In this document: positions 17,256-27,046 of the stretch, one piece after another
How the letters are laid out: the number at the start of each line of letters is the position of its first letter
Numbering within the stretch: position 1 is the stretch's first letter
Source: a virus
Taxonomy: Duplodnaviria > Caudoviricetes
Length of the DNA stretch: 55,829 nucleotides
Strand: one strand, 5' to 3'
IMG/VR virus record: IMGVR_UViG_3300042541_001626
Span: 1-55,829 of that record
The notes under the pieces: model-generated
Database searches by the model: none
Told to the model about the DNA's origin: nothing
The model's input: only the letters and a program-made list of their open reading frames with translations
Position numbers and translations under genes: made by a program

Positions 17256-18032
17256 TTACTCTTTTATTTCAGGAAGTTTAGTATCTTTAATAAATTTACT
17301 GTGTGACTTTTCATAAGACTTTTGAGTCTCATCATATGCGTCTTTGGTGTATTGCCAATTCCAATATAAACTATCGTTTGGTTTGAATCCGTAGAATTTA
17401 TGCACTTCTTTTTGTGTTTTGTTAACGGTTTCTCCATTCCAATTCTGACCCACACAAATGAATCCTGTTTCAATATCTTTAATAATGTTGGCTTCACCCA
17501 ATGTTGTATGTCTATTCTCCAACCAATTTAATCTTTCAATTAAGTTTTGATAATACATATTTGTTTGACCCCATCTAATTGAACTAAAAAATACCACAAC
17601 ATCAGACTCAAATAACTCTTTTGATATCTTCCACAACTCATCTGAAGGTTCATTTATATTCACCCAACATCTGTGATTACCTGTGGGATTTTTATCTTTA
17701 TCTTTAAGTTTGGCTTTCAACAACCCACAAGAGTTCCCATCCTTTCTCGATACATTACCTTCACATGGCAATATCTTAAGTTCGGGAACATCAATTAAAA
17801 CGGCACTGTCACCCAACTCTTCTTTAAGGTACATCGCAATCATTTTTGACTTCGGTATGTCTATGTTCTTTTCATCAAAATTATATCTATTGGAACAACT
17901 TAATAGTAATACTTTCTTTTTCTTTTTAAGGATATCTAAAGTTTGTTTAATTTCATTCCAAGCGTCCGATTGAACCATCCCTTCGGATATCATCATTGAT
18001 TTAATTCTATGTATGTTTTCTTGTAAATTCAT
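17256..18032 (-). CDS. Flavodoxin-like / NADPH-dependent FMN reductase family protein with leader
   Basis: VLLLSCSNR, I-x-PC-x-G, and DELWKISKELFESDVVVFFSSIRWG pattern. Confidence 0.7.
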   Translation of the reverse strand: MNLQENIHRIKSMMISEGMVQSDAWNEIKQTLDILKKKKKVLLLSCSNRYNFDEKNIDIPKSKMIAMYLKEELGDSAVLIDVPELKILPCEGNVSRKDGNSCGLLKAKLKDKDKNPTGNHRCWVNINEPSDELWKISKELFESDVVVFFSSIRWGQTNMYYQNLIERLNWLENRHTTLGEANIIKDIETGFICVGQNWNGETVNKTQKEVHKFYGFKPNDSLYWNWQYTKDAYDETQKSYEKSHSKFIKDTKLPEIKE

Positions 18033-18048
18033 ATCAGGTTTATTTTAG

Positions 18049-18657
18049 TTATCTATTATTATCTCTTTGTATATCAACAATTTGTAAATATAACCCTTTT
18101 AAGTCTTCATCACCTGATTCTATTCTATCCAAAACATTTTGTTCAGTATAAAGTGTATGGTCAACTATATAATCAATCATTTCTTCATCAGTAATACCTT
18201 CGGGTAATTCAGGTTCAGGAACACACTCATTATTACCCAAATAATAATCAGCCTCACCATTTAAATATAAACCACTCTCACCCATTCTTTCTTCAAATGA
18301 TGGTAATTTATAATCTTCGTACCAATCTTCAATAATACTCACTATAAATGATTGTCTTACTGAGAACATTTCCATAACAGAATTAATTAGTTCTTTAGAA
18401 ATAAGTAAAGAACCTTCATAAAAATCACCATTATCATCAAAATAAAAATGAACCGACAATCTTTCTATACCTGACACACATAAAGTATGTACTATAGATC
18501 CGTATGCACGATGTTTGGGTGTGTCCTGTTCAACGGAGCTTTTAAAATAAAAATTAAGGTATTTAATTATCGTTTGTATAGTTTTTTCACTAGGTCTTTG
18601 GAACTTTTTCTTAACTTCTTCCCTTAATATTTTTCTTATGTTTTCTTGTAAATTCAT
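18049..18657 (-). CDS. Hypothetical protein with MNLQENI leader
   Basis: Leader motif. Confidence 0.8.
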   Translation of the reverse strand: MNLQENIRKILREEVKKKFQRPSEKTIQTIIKYLNFYFKSSVEQDTPKHRAYGSIVHTLCVSGIERLSVHFYFDDNGDFYEGSLLISKELINSVMEMFSVRQSFIVSIIEDWYEDYKLPSFEERMGESGLYLNGEADYYLGNNECVPEPELPEGITDEEMIDYIVDHTLYTEQNVLDRIESGDEDLKGLYLQIVDIQRDNNR

Positions 18658-19463
18658 ATTAATTCGGAGGTATTCAAAGCATTCAAAGCCTTTTGATAAT
18701 TATCCGATGATAAAGCGTTTTTTAAATTAACATATTCACCATTATCTTTTTTCGCCTCCCATTCCTTATCGTTGGTTAATCTATAAGACCATTGTGTATC
18801 ATCTTTCAGTTTATATTCCCCAGGTTTCCATGAACTAAACTTATCTAAAGAACCATCATCCTTTTGGGGTTTATCATTTTGAGTAATAACATTTTGATTA
18901 TCAATATTATGAACGTTATTACCATTACTACAATCAGTATACTTTAAGAAAAATTGTCTAATTTTAATTGGTTTACTAACATTTAAATCTAATACCTGTG
19001 TCCAATTACAAGATTTAGAGTTTTTAGATTTTAATCGTGAAATCTGTTGACTCGCTCTACCATCGGCATTTGATCCCGCGGAACCTCTGGATGACACACC
19101 AATATAAGCATTACCATCTTTACTTTCATCAATGGTTATTGACCAATTAACACTGTAATCATTATTAACTGTTACACTAATATCTGTTACATCAGGTTTA
19201 ACTCCAGATTTAACCAAATCCTTTAAAACTTGATTAACACCTTTACCTTGATCCAATTTAACGTAAGAACTCCACTTACTTGGAACAGGTGATCCTGTTA
19301 ACATGTAACCACCAAAACCATCCATCTTTCGTCTATCAAACGAATGTAAAGCATCTCCCTTACTAATAATATTTTTTGGGACTTGATAACTACCGCTTAA
19401 TTTCATCGGTAAGTTATTACTTCCATACTCTTCTTTTAATATTTTTTTAATTAAATCTCTCAT
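18654..19463 (-). CDS. Hypothetical protein with MRDLIKKILKEE leader
   Basis: Leader motif, TATTTAT upstream. Confidence 0.8.
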   Translation of the reverse strand: MRDLIKKILKEEYGSNNLPMKLSGSYQVPKNIISKGDALHSFDRRKMDGFGGYMLTGSPVPSKWSSYVKLDQGKGVNQVLKDLVKSGVKPDVTDISVTVNNDYSVNWSITIDESKDGNAYIGVSSRGSAGSNADGRASQQISRLKSKNSKSCNWTQVLDLNVSKPIKIRQFFLKYTDCSNGNNVHNIDNQNVITQNDKPQKDDGSLDKFSSWKPGEYKLKDDTQWSYRLTNDKEWEAKKDNGEYVNLKNALSSDNYQKALNALNTSELI

Positions 19464-19515
19464 TTTAAAAACTCATTACCAATAAATATAATGAAATTCT
19501 TATATTTATCATCAT

Positions 19516-19824
19516 ATGGAATATAATATTAGCTCAGAACAATTAGACCGAATAATTAAACCTTATTTTGATAGGGAATTTAAACATGCTAAGTGGGGTG
19601 AACATGACGCCAAATATGGTGGAGGAAAATGGTTTGGAATTATAAATCAAGACGATGTAATGTTAGTTGGTCATCCATCACACGATAGTGATACATTCTT
19701 TACTGACGGTCGACACTTCTCAAGTATGTGGGATTTCTTTAGTATCGACGCTAAAGATTTTAATAAAGCTATCGGTAGATATATTAAAAAGAAATACGGT
19801 TGTGATTTCGAAAAAATTATGTAA
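19516..19824 (+). CDS. Hypothetical protein (MEYNISSEQ leader variant)
   Basis: TATTTAT upstream. Confidence 0.75.
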   Translation: MEYNISSEQLDRIIKPYFDREFKHAKWGEHDAKYGGGKWFGIINQDDVMLVGHPSHDSDTFFTDGRHFSSMWDFFSIDAKDFNKAIGRYIKKKYGCDFEKIM

Positions 19825-19828
19825 TCTC

Positions 19829-20092
19829 TTATCGTTTAACACTCTCAAGTCTATCGTTCCATACTTGGATTATCTTTATCGACCCATCGTTTTGTAATTC
19901 CTCATATTCCCTAACAACGAACAACGAACTATCCCCCACAATGCTCTTGTTATGTGTCTCCTTGTGATCATTATCCTTGTCAGTTGTAAAAATAGCAAAC
20001 ACATACACACCATAAATTAATATGAATAATAGTATGGTATACCAATGTTTAACTATACCACCGTTCTTTTGATCCATCGTATCTTCTGACAT
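19829..20092 (-). CDS. Single-pass membrane protein
   Basis: One hydrophobic segment. Confidence 0.6.
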   Translation of the reverse strand: MSEDTMDQKNGGIVKHWYTILLFILIYGVYVFAIFTTDKDNDHKETHNKSIVGDSSLFVVREYEELQNDGSIKIIQVWNDRLESVKR

Positions 20093-20136
20093 GATTGAGG
20101 GTTTACATATAAATACTTTTGTTTTATGTATAATTA

Positions 20137-20832
20137 TTATTTTTTAATTGATCCCCGTTTAATATTATAGTTAACCCCCAAACTGATCGTATGGATTAAT
20201 TTAATGGTATTAATACTTCGATAATTTACAATGTCGGTAATGGTAAATGATAGTTTGTTTTTCTGTTGGAATATTATTTTTAATGTCCCGTAAATTATCA
20301 CATCATTTGGTATAATCATATTTGGTTGATAATAATACTCGGCAGATATTGAATAGGATTTATAATCATATTTTAATTTACCTCGAATTGAATGTCTGAA
20401 AACGGTGGTTGTTGGCTTCTGGGAATATATCACATTCTCAACCATGGCAGCATAAGACATGGACACGTATTTCCACTTATGTCCATACCCTAACCCAATG
20501 AAATTATCGTATTTCAATCCCCTCGTTAGAGAATGATTAAAAATGTAACTAACAAATAATTTATCATACCCGATGTTTATTTTTTGTAACACATCATGAT
20601 TCATTACCTTCGTTGTATATCCGAATGAGTACGTGGTATTACTACTAATAAACCTGTTACGTTTAGTTATATTATTATCCCCACTAAAATTAAGATTAAG
20701 AGTCTTGGTATCATTGTTGATAAACATCCCAGTCAGGGCGTTGTTACAGACAAAAGATGTGGTGTCCGATTGGGGTAAGACTCTACCGCCCACCAATAAC
20801 ATTAATACGATTATGGAAATTAATTTAAACAC
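20137..20832 (-). CDS. Secreted outer-membrane beta-barrel-like protein (DUF481-like)
   Basis: Signal peptide, amphipathic strands, GLGYG, terminal SLGVNY. Confidence 0.55.
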   Translation of the reverse strand: MFKLISIIVLMLLVGGRVLPQSDTTSFVCNNALTGMFINNDTKTLNLNFSGDNNITKRNRFISSNTTYSFGYTTKVMNHDVLQKINIGYDKLFVSYIFNHSLTRGLKYDNFIGLGYGHKWKYVSMSYAAMVENVIYSQKPTTTVFRHSIRGKLKYDYKSYSISAEYYYQPNMIIPNDVIIYGTLKIIFQQKNKLSFTITDIVNYRSINTIKLIHTISLGVNYNIKRGSIKK

Positions 20833-20838
20833 CTGTTT

Positions 20839-21033
20839 TTAGTTAATTAAAGAATCATCTTTCTTTTCTTTAAATAATTTCTCTAACTGATCAACATTTT
20901 TAACTGTCGACCAATTACCCCTATTTAAACGCATCCATTTACCATCACTAAATCGTTTATAAACGGAAGACTCATTTTCATTTTCAATATAAACTATTGA
21001 ATAATTATAATCCTCTATTTTTAAAATCTTCAT
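20839..21033 (-). CDS. Hypothetical protein
   Basis: ORF. Confidence 0.6.
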   Translation of the reverse strand: MKILKIEDYNYSIVYIENENESSVYKRFSDGKWMRLNRGNWSTVKNVDQLEKLFKEKKDDSLIN

Positions 21034-21038
21034 ACTAT

Positions 21039-21395
21039 TTAAATTAAACCGTTAACAATATCTGTTAGTTCATCTAGTTTGATTGGTTTATCAACAAATT
21101 GTGACGCTCCTGTTCTCATTGCATGCAATATTTTATAATCATCCGTAACTGCAGTTAAAAATATGATTGGTGTTGTGTCGTCTTGTTTTTTTATCTCACC
21201 ACACATTTCTATACCATCCATATTTGGCATACGTATATCTGTTATAACAATATCGAATTTTTTATTTTTAAATTCAGATAACCCTATGGCTCCATCTAAT
21301 GCTGTTGTAACATCGAAACCATTTTTATTGAAGTGATATGATAAAAATATTAAGATGTCCTCCTCATCGTCCACTATAAGCATTTTATTTTTCAT
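21039..21395 (-). CDS. Stand-alone response regulator receiver domain
   Basis: LIVDDE, DIVITDIRMPNMDG, IIFLTA and KP motifs. Confidence 0.93.
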   Translation of the reverse strand: MKNKMLIVDDEEDILIFLSYHFNKNGFDVTTALDGAIGLSEFKNKKFDIVITDIRMPNMDGIEMCGEIKKQDDTTPIIFLTAVTDDYKILHAMRTGASQFVDKPIKLDELTDIVNGLI

Positions 21396-21991
21396 AATCT
21401 TTTAAGTATTAAACATCCTGTTTTATCTAAATAAGGTATTTGCTCAGGATGGTTGCATCCATCTGCATCACAACCATATTCCATACCACATACGTATGTA
21501 TCTGATGGATGAGGACATATTAATTTAATCTCAACTTCTATTTCTGTTGGTTGTTGTAGTGAATTTAGATATTCTGAACATATTGGGTGTGTATTATCTT
21601 CACCCATATCGGTACTCATACCTCTAAGGTGTCCTGCCATAAACGCATCCACAATATTATTATCATTAAACTTGTTATTACCCATCAACTCCATTGCTTT
21701 GTTGTAACCTTTTAAATAACCTATCCTAAAATAAGGGTCTTGTTTATACTTCACGCTATCCAATCTTAATGGGTCAGTGTTATTACATTCTTCTAAAGCT
21801 AATGCTCCAACATCAACAACTCCAAATATCTCATCACAGTTTTCTTTTGATAGTTTGTATTTTGGAATGCCTGCACTTGTTTTGCACCACCCAAAATCAG
21901 TACTACCAATAGCATAGTAATTTGTATCATTAAGAAAATAATGACCCATGTGGTAATCTTCAAGTTCTGTCTTAATCAATTTTGCTTTCAT
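21392..21991 (-). CDS. Mosaic hypothetical protein (paralog of 21993)
   Basis: Shared KLSKENCDEIFGV block and Cys-rich C-terminus. Confidence 0.8.
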   Translation of the reverse strand: MKAKLIKTELEDYHMGHYFLNDTNYYAIGSTDFGWCKTSAGIPKYKLSKENCDEIFGVVDVGALALEECNNTDPLRLDSVKYKQDPYFRIGYLKGYNKAMELMGNNKFNDNNIVDAFMAGHLRGMSTDMGEDNTHPICSEYLNSLQQPTEIEVEIKLICPHPSDTYVCGMEYGCDADGCNHPEQIPYLDKTGCLILKRL

Positions 21992-21992
21992 A

Positions 21993-22754
21993 TCAAATTC
22001 TTTTTAAAATTAAGCAACCATCTGAATCTAAATAAGGTATTTGTTCAGGATGATTGCATCCATCTCCATCGCATCCATATTGCATTCCACATACATATGT
22101 ATCTAATGGGTGAGGACAGATTAATTCAATCTCAACCTCAATTTCTGTTGGTTGTTGTAGTGATTGGATAAATTTATCAGTATCTTCTGCATAGCTGTTA
22201 TCATATTCAAGTTTAAAGTTATACCTTTCTATCATTTCTTCTTTTGTTAAACCTTCATAATCCCAACCAAATGCTATTGCTTTTCTAATATCCTCAACAG
22301 TAAACAACTTATCATTCAACTCCATTGCTTTGTTGAAACCTTTTTTATAGCCAACTTGAATATCACTTTTAACTACATCAAATGTATTGAAATGTTCTGT
22401 AAACTTATTAGCCAACTTCTCAACATCAATAACTCCAAATATCTCATCACAGTTTTCTTTAGATAGTTTCATAACCTCATAATCAGTTTGAAAATCTGAA
22501 TCAGATGATGCAATCATTTTATCACCATCCATTAAGGTGTAAATATTATTAACTTTAATTAGTTTTTCTTTAAACCAAAATTCATATTCTTTAATATCTG
22601 GAATTTTATTAATTTTTTGTTCTTTTATTAGTTGCGATGCTTTTCCATCCATTAGTTTAGTCAAATCGATTTTATCTGACTTATCATCAAGATTATCTAA
22701 TAAACCACTTGCCTCCCATTTTTTAATTAAGTCTTCTTTTCTTTCTTTTTTCAT
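21993..22754 (-). CDS. Mosaic hypothetical protein (paralog of 21392)
   Basis: Same shared blocks as 21392. Confidence 0.8.
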   Translation of the reverse strand: MKKERKEDLIKKWEASGLLDNLDDKSDKIDLTKLMDGKASQLIKEQKINKIPDIKEYEFWFKEKLIKVNNIYTLMDGDKMIASSDSDFQTDYEVMKLSKENCDEIFGVIDVEKLANKFTEHFNTFDVVKSDIQVGYKKGFNKAMELNDKLFTVEDIRKAIAFGWDYEGLTKEEMIERYNFKLEYDNSYAEDTDKFIQSLQQPTEIEVEIELICPHPLDTYVCGMQYGCDGDGCNHPEQIPYLDSDGCLILKRI

Positions 22755-23227
22755 ATTTCTTTTAATAAAAGTTCTTCTCCAGTAAGAGCAAAGTATAGGT
22801 TTTGTAGTTGGTGTACGTATTTAATTTCTTTTCCAATCCAGCTAAACTTATTTTCTCTTTTTATATGTGGTGTAAACGAATTGTTTTCATTTTTAAAAAA
22901 ATACCATTTTCCCACTTCACTAGAACTTAATTTGTCACTTATTGAATAAATGGTATTGTTTTCTTTTTTAAAACCAAACTTCAACAACCACTCTTCTGTT
23001 AGTAGGATTAGTTCACATTCTATATCATAAGACCCACTAGTTGTAGTCCCAAAAACTTTATTTTTTATACTCCAAAATAAAATTTGTTTTGCTCCTTCTT
23101 CGTATCTTTTACTCCCATCATTAAACCCTTCAATTTGAAATTCTAATGTTTCTAAAGGAATGTCTCTTTCTGAAAACTCTTCTTTTATTTTTACCCAATT
23201 CCCAATCCTTAAATCATTCGCTTTCAT
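22751..23227 (-). CDS. Bacteroidetes-phage hypothetical protein (LRIGNW..LTEEWLLKFGF..YVHQLQNLYFALTGEEL)
   Basis: Recognisable recurrent family signature. Confidence 0.75.
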   Translation of the reverse strand: MKANDLRIGNWVKIKEEFSERDIPLETLEFQIEGFNDGSKRYEEGAKQILFWSIKNKVFGTTTSGSYDIECELILLTEEWLLKFGFKKENNTIYSISDKLSSSEVGKWYFFKNENNSFTPHIKRENKFSWIGKEIKYVHQLQNLYFALTGEELLLKEI

Positions 23228-23534
23228 AATTTAAATCATTATTAATAATACCGTCAAATATAATTTTTGGGCTAATCTGTTTACCTCTCTGCTCTAACCA
23301 TTTTGTATATTTAAATCCATCATTATGTTGAACAATCCGTATTCCTCTCCACTTTACCTTACCTTTTGTAATCTCACCCTTTATTGGTGGTTCAGCCATT
23401 TTTCTTAAAGCTGATGTAAAAATTTCATCTTCCCTTTTTAGTTGCTCCTGAATGAATTCGTTTACAATATCGTCCAGATTAAAGTCTGGAGTTTCTGGTA
23501 AATCAAAATTTAATTTTTTAACTATTGGTTCCAT
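23214..23534 (-). CDS. Hypothetical protein
   Basis: ORF. Confidence 0.65.
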   Translation of the reverse strand: MEPIVKKLNFDLPETPDFNLDDIVNEFIQEQLKREDEIFTSALRKMAEPPIKGEITKGKVKWRGIRIVQHNDGFKYTKWLEQRGKQISPKIIFDGIINNDLNYESE

Positions 23535-23564
23535 GTTATGTGGTTTAATTTTTAAATTATACCG

Positions 23565-23606
23565 TAAAACCCAACCACCTTTAGTGATTGGGATGAAAGG
23601 TGGTTA
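23565..23606. mobile_element. Possible IS200/IS605-type end hairpin remnant
   Basis: AAACCCAACCACCTTTAGTGATTGGGATG hairpin; no transposase nearby. Confidence 0.35.
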
Positions 23607-23693
23607 ATGTTCTATAACCATCTAACCTTAGAATTTAAATATAATGAAATTAATTTGATTAGTCACTTAAATTATTATTAATATTTTTAATAA

Positions 23694-24698
23694 TTACCAA
23701 GTACCAAATCTTTTATGCCAATACAACGGTGAAAATGGATCATTCGCTTTAGCTGAGTCTTTACCACCCATTCTACTCCAAAAATTCTTTCTTCTTTGTG
23801 GATCTTTATGTTGAGTAAAATCTTTCATACCTCTATATCCACCCTTAACTATTTTATAGTTATCACCCTTTTTAGCCAAAACTTCCCATTTATGACTATC
23901 ACCTGATGAAGCTCTTTTTTTAACCCCAACCTTAGTAAAACCTTTTTTCTTATATCGTTCAGGTACTTCCTCATTCATTTGGTTAACATCAGATTGTATT
24001 TTATCCTCACACTTAGGAAGATATGTCTTGTAAATATCGGTAGCGATGTCTAGGTAATTGTACACTGTGTCCCAAATATCATCCAACACATCATCATACA
24101 TTATTTGAATCCCTTGTGTTCTCGGCCATAGTTTTGTCCCACGTCCCCCAATAAAATAAACATCGATCTTATAGTGACGATACGGTCTTTTTCCGTCTAA
24201 GACTTCTCTATCTTTTGGTGAAGTAACTTTAAACCCACAAATTATGTGGCCATATTCTTTCATAGTAATTTTTTCCAATACCTTTGATATAAGGCTGTTA
24301 TAATCTTTTTCAACTTCTTCTTTAATAAATCTATATTGAGATTCGGTAATAACAAAGACGCTCTTAACATTCTCACCTAGTTTTTTCTTATCTTCATAGT
24401 ACGATTTAGTATTATTATAACTATTAACCGTTGAAGACCCATTAATAACTCCACCTTTTAGATAATCCCCAAACATCGACTGAACAAACATTCTACCTTT
24501 ACGCCCTATTTCATGCATAAGATCCGCGTCTTCACCGGTAAACGGCTTTTTCATTAAAAACGTAATATTACCTTGTTTGCCATACTTAGTCGGAAATATA
24601 TCAACTTTAACCCCATGAAAATTCTCAGGCATTTCTATTGTTTTAAAGTGAGTTTCAACCATTTTTTCGATAACTCTTTCCAATTTACTACTATCCAT
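23694..24698 (-). CDS. Multi-module hypothetical protein with an internal ITESQ leader copy
   Basis: Start MDSSKLE after TATTTAT. Basic C-terminal module (HKDPQRRKNFWSR..SPLYW). Confidence 0.75.
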   Translation of the reverse strand: MDSSKLERVIEKMVETHFKTIEMPENFHGVKVDIFPTKYGKQGNITFLMKKPFTGEDADLMHEIGRKGRMFVQSMFGDYLKGGVINGSSTVNSYNNTKSYYEDKKKLGENVKSVFVITESQYRFIKEEVEKDYNSLISKVLEKITMKEYGHIICGFKVTSPKDREVLDGKRPYRHYKIDVYFIGGRGTKLWPRTQGIQIMYDDVLDDIWDTVYNYLDIATDIYKTYLPKCEDKIQSDVNQMNEEVPERYKKKGFTKVGVKKRASSGDSHKWEVLAKKGDNYKIVKGGYRGMKDFTQHKDPQRRKNFWSRMGGKDSAKANDPFSPLYWHKRFGTW

Positions 24699-24702
24699 AA
24701 TG

Positions 24703-24728
24703 ATAAATACTTTTATCTTTGTATTTAT
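24703..24728. promoter_or_regulatory. Divergent pair of TATTTAT putative phage (late) promoter motifs
   Basis: TATTTAT 4 nt before each divergent ATG. Similar divergent pairs at ~19482/19504 and ~26484/26500. Confidence 0.55.
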
Positions 24729-24732
24729 CACT

Positions 24733-25071
24733 ATGAAATACATTATCACAGAATCTAAATTAGATAATATTATTTATCAATACATCGAAGATATGTTTGA
24801 TGACTTACATTTTACTGCTGCGGAAGATGAAGAGGGTTATGAAATGAATTCTGCTCTACAGTTTTATTTTGGTGACTATGGGGACGATGAAAGCGCGTTT
24901 TATTGGTATGATAGCGATTACTTTAATAATGATTGTGAAAAATGTCCAATAGTTGTATTTGAAACAGACTTGTTAGATAAACTAAATTCGTTATTTTCAA
25001 ATAAATGGGAACCTATATTTAAAAAATGGTTATGGGAAACATTTCACATGAAGGTTAAAACCATTGAATAA
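24733..25071 (+). CDS. Hypothetical protein with MKYIITESK leader
   Basis: Leader motif; ends KKWLWETFHMKVKTIE. Confidence 0.8.
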   Translation: MKYIITESKLDNIIYQYIEDMFDDLHFTAAEDEEGYEMNSALQFYFGDYGDDESAFYWYDSDYFNNDCEKCPIVVFETDLLDKLNSLFSNKWEPIFKKWLWETFHMKVKTIE

Positions 25072-25075
25072 TTAA

Positions 25076-25933
25076 TCATTCGATTCTTTCATTAATTGTG
25101 TCGTTATGAACCAACTTAACACTACCTTTTCCTGTTAATGTTTGTACTTGGTATTGAAGCTCCCATATTAAATCATCAATATTTTGATGTCTAATAGATT
25201 CGACATGGAAATTTAAAAATAAAACAATGATCCCCTTATCAATTTTATAATCAACAACTTTAACCCCATTGGTTGATGACAATTCATCACACGCTTCAAA
25301 ATTAACAATCTCTTCGGCATCAGCTCCTCGTTCTTCTTGGTCGTCACATTTTTCTCTAAGGATTGATAATGAACTGTCAATTAGTTTTTGGAATTTGTTC
25401 GGTCTATTGTCTTCTTTCAAGATTTTGAAACGTAATGCCGATGGTATGTTATTACCTTCATCAGATTCATTGATGTTTTGTTTTGATTCCCAAACTTCCT
25501 TTAAATAATCATAAAAATTATTACGAACATATTGGATTATCTGATTTCTAAATATAACCTTTTCATCACCCATTAAATTAAGTTCGTCTGCCATTTCGGT
25601 ACCAACATAATCAGATATATGTAATCTAAAATGTTCAAAAGGTATAGATTGAAATTCTTTGTTAGTTAAGTTATTTTGAATTATTGAATCTAATTTTTCT
25701 TTTATCATAGATTCTCTTCTACGCAAACGAATATTATTTTCTTTTATAATCCTAAATCGTAATAAAGGTTTACCGTTAATCGTCACATCCCCCTTTTCAT
25801 TTTTACCGATATCCTTAACTATCACTTTTTTATTCTTAAACTTACCACCCATGATAGTATCACCAACCTTGATATCAAGTTTAATCATTTCATTTAATTG
25901 ATAGTATTGTTGTTCTGTTATTATATATTTCAT
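25076..25933 (-). CDS. Multi-module hypothetical protein with MKYIITEQQ leader
   Basis: Internal LRFRIIKE / LRFKILKE repeats. Confidence 0.8.
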   Translation of the reverse strand: MKYIITEQQYYQLNEMIKLDIKVGDTIMGGKFKNKKVIVKDIGKNEKGDVTINGKPLLRFRIIKENNIRLRRRESMIKEKLDSIIQNNLTNKEFQSIPFEHFRLHISDYVGTEMADELNLMGDEKVIFRNQIIQYVRNNFYDYLKEVWESKQNINESDEGNNIPSALRFKILKEDNRPNKFQKLIDSSLSILREKCDDQEERGADAEEIVNFEACDELSSTNGVKVVDYKIDKGIIVLFLNFHVESIRHQNIDDLIWELQYQVQTLTGKGSVKLVHNDTINERIE

Positions 25934-26478
25934 TTTTCCCCAGAAATATCATCTGAATACACCACTATGTTATCAAAATTAAAACCTAAATCTATTTTTA
26001 AGTCTCCTTTTTCTACAAGATAATCATCGGATAATATTATGTTTATGTTTGGTTGATATACGGTATATTTAATTACATACGGAATTTCTTCAGCTCCTAA
26101 AGCATCCAACAATGGGTTATACACATCCGTATTATAATGTTCCCATCTAACTATTATATCAACCATTTCACCAAATAAAAAATACTTAGGTAATTCTTCC
26201 AATTTATCAGAAAGATAATCAGAATCAATTGAATTAATTAAGTCATTATATTCTTGAGAAAACTGTGGAGAATCCTCCCAGTACTTCTCATGGTCATTAA
26301 TAAAAGTATATTTTATTTTATATTTATCTGTAGACCCCTTATTATCCTCCCAATTATAATCAATCCATACAGAAAGGTCGATGTCAATTCTAAACTTAAC
26401 CCGACCTTTTATAACCACCGAATCAAACAATTTGGTCAATGATTTTTCAATATCTTCTGTGGATTTATCTTTGTTCAT
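25930..26478 (-). CDS. Hypothetical protein
   Basis: ORF, 182 aa. Confidence 0.75.
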   Translation of the reverse strand: MNKDKSTEDIEKSLTKLFDSVVIKGRVKFRIDIDLSVWIDYNWEDNKGSTDKYKIKYTFINDHEKYWEDSPQFSQEYNDLINSIDSDYLSDKLEELPKYFLFGEMVDIIVRWEHYNTDVYNPLLDALGAEEIPYVIKYTVYQPNINIILSDDYLVEKGDLKIDLGFNFDNIVVYSDDISGEK

Positions 26479-26510
26479 GACTATAAATATATTGAAACAT
26501 ATTTATAGTC

Positions 26511-26999
26511 ATGAAATATATTATAACAGAAAACCAATACAGACAAATTGTTGAAAATGTTGATGACATTTTAGATAAAATTAGTTCTGGAAAAAAGTTA
26601 AGTCTATCAGATAAACGAAAATTAGACTTCTTTCAAAAACATCTAAATAACGGAGGTAACGAAAATGATTTCGAATATTCCGAACAAGATGGTCATAGTA
26701 TTGATGAAAGAGAAGGTGAGAAATTTACATATAACTTAAATGGTCGACCATTCACTTTTACTTTTTCGGAAGAAACCACAAATGGTGATGTGATAGATTA
26801 TTTTGGTGAAATTAAATTTAATGGTGATGAATACTTAGGGATGATCTCAGCTGATAGTAGAGGGTATTTTGTGGATTACGATTTCTATAGTGTATTTGAT
26901 GAAGATGCCAGACTACAAGACGTTCTTAAAGAAGAAGGTAATGAGGCTGAAATTAAAAACTTTTTTCAAGAAGAAATTATTGATCGACTCAAAAAATAA
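26511..26999 (+). CDS. Hypothetical protein with MKYIITENQ leader and VDDILDKIS (DUF6576-like) segment
   Basis: Leader motif; VDDILDKISSG..LSxSDK pattern. Confidence 0.75.
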   Translation: MKYIITENQYRQIVENVDDILDKISSGKKLSLSDKRKLDFFQKHLNNGGNENDFEYSEQDGHSIDEREGEKFTYNLNGRPFTFTFSEETTNGDVIDYFGEIKFNGDEYLGMISADSRGYFVDYDFYSVFDEDARLQDVLKEEGNEAEIKNFFQEEIIDRLKK

Positions 27000-27046
27000 T
27001 TGTTTATCCATTAATTAATGGTTACATTTGTCTAAAACAATTTAAG

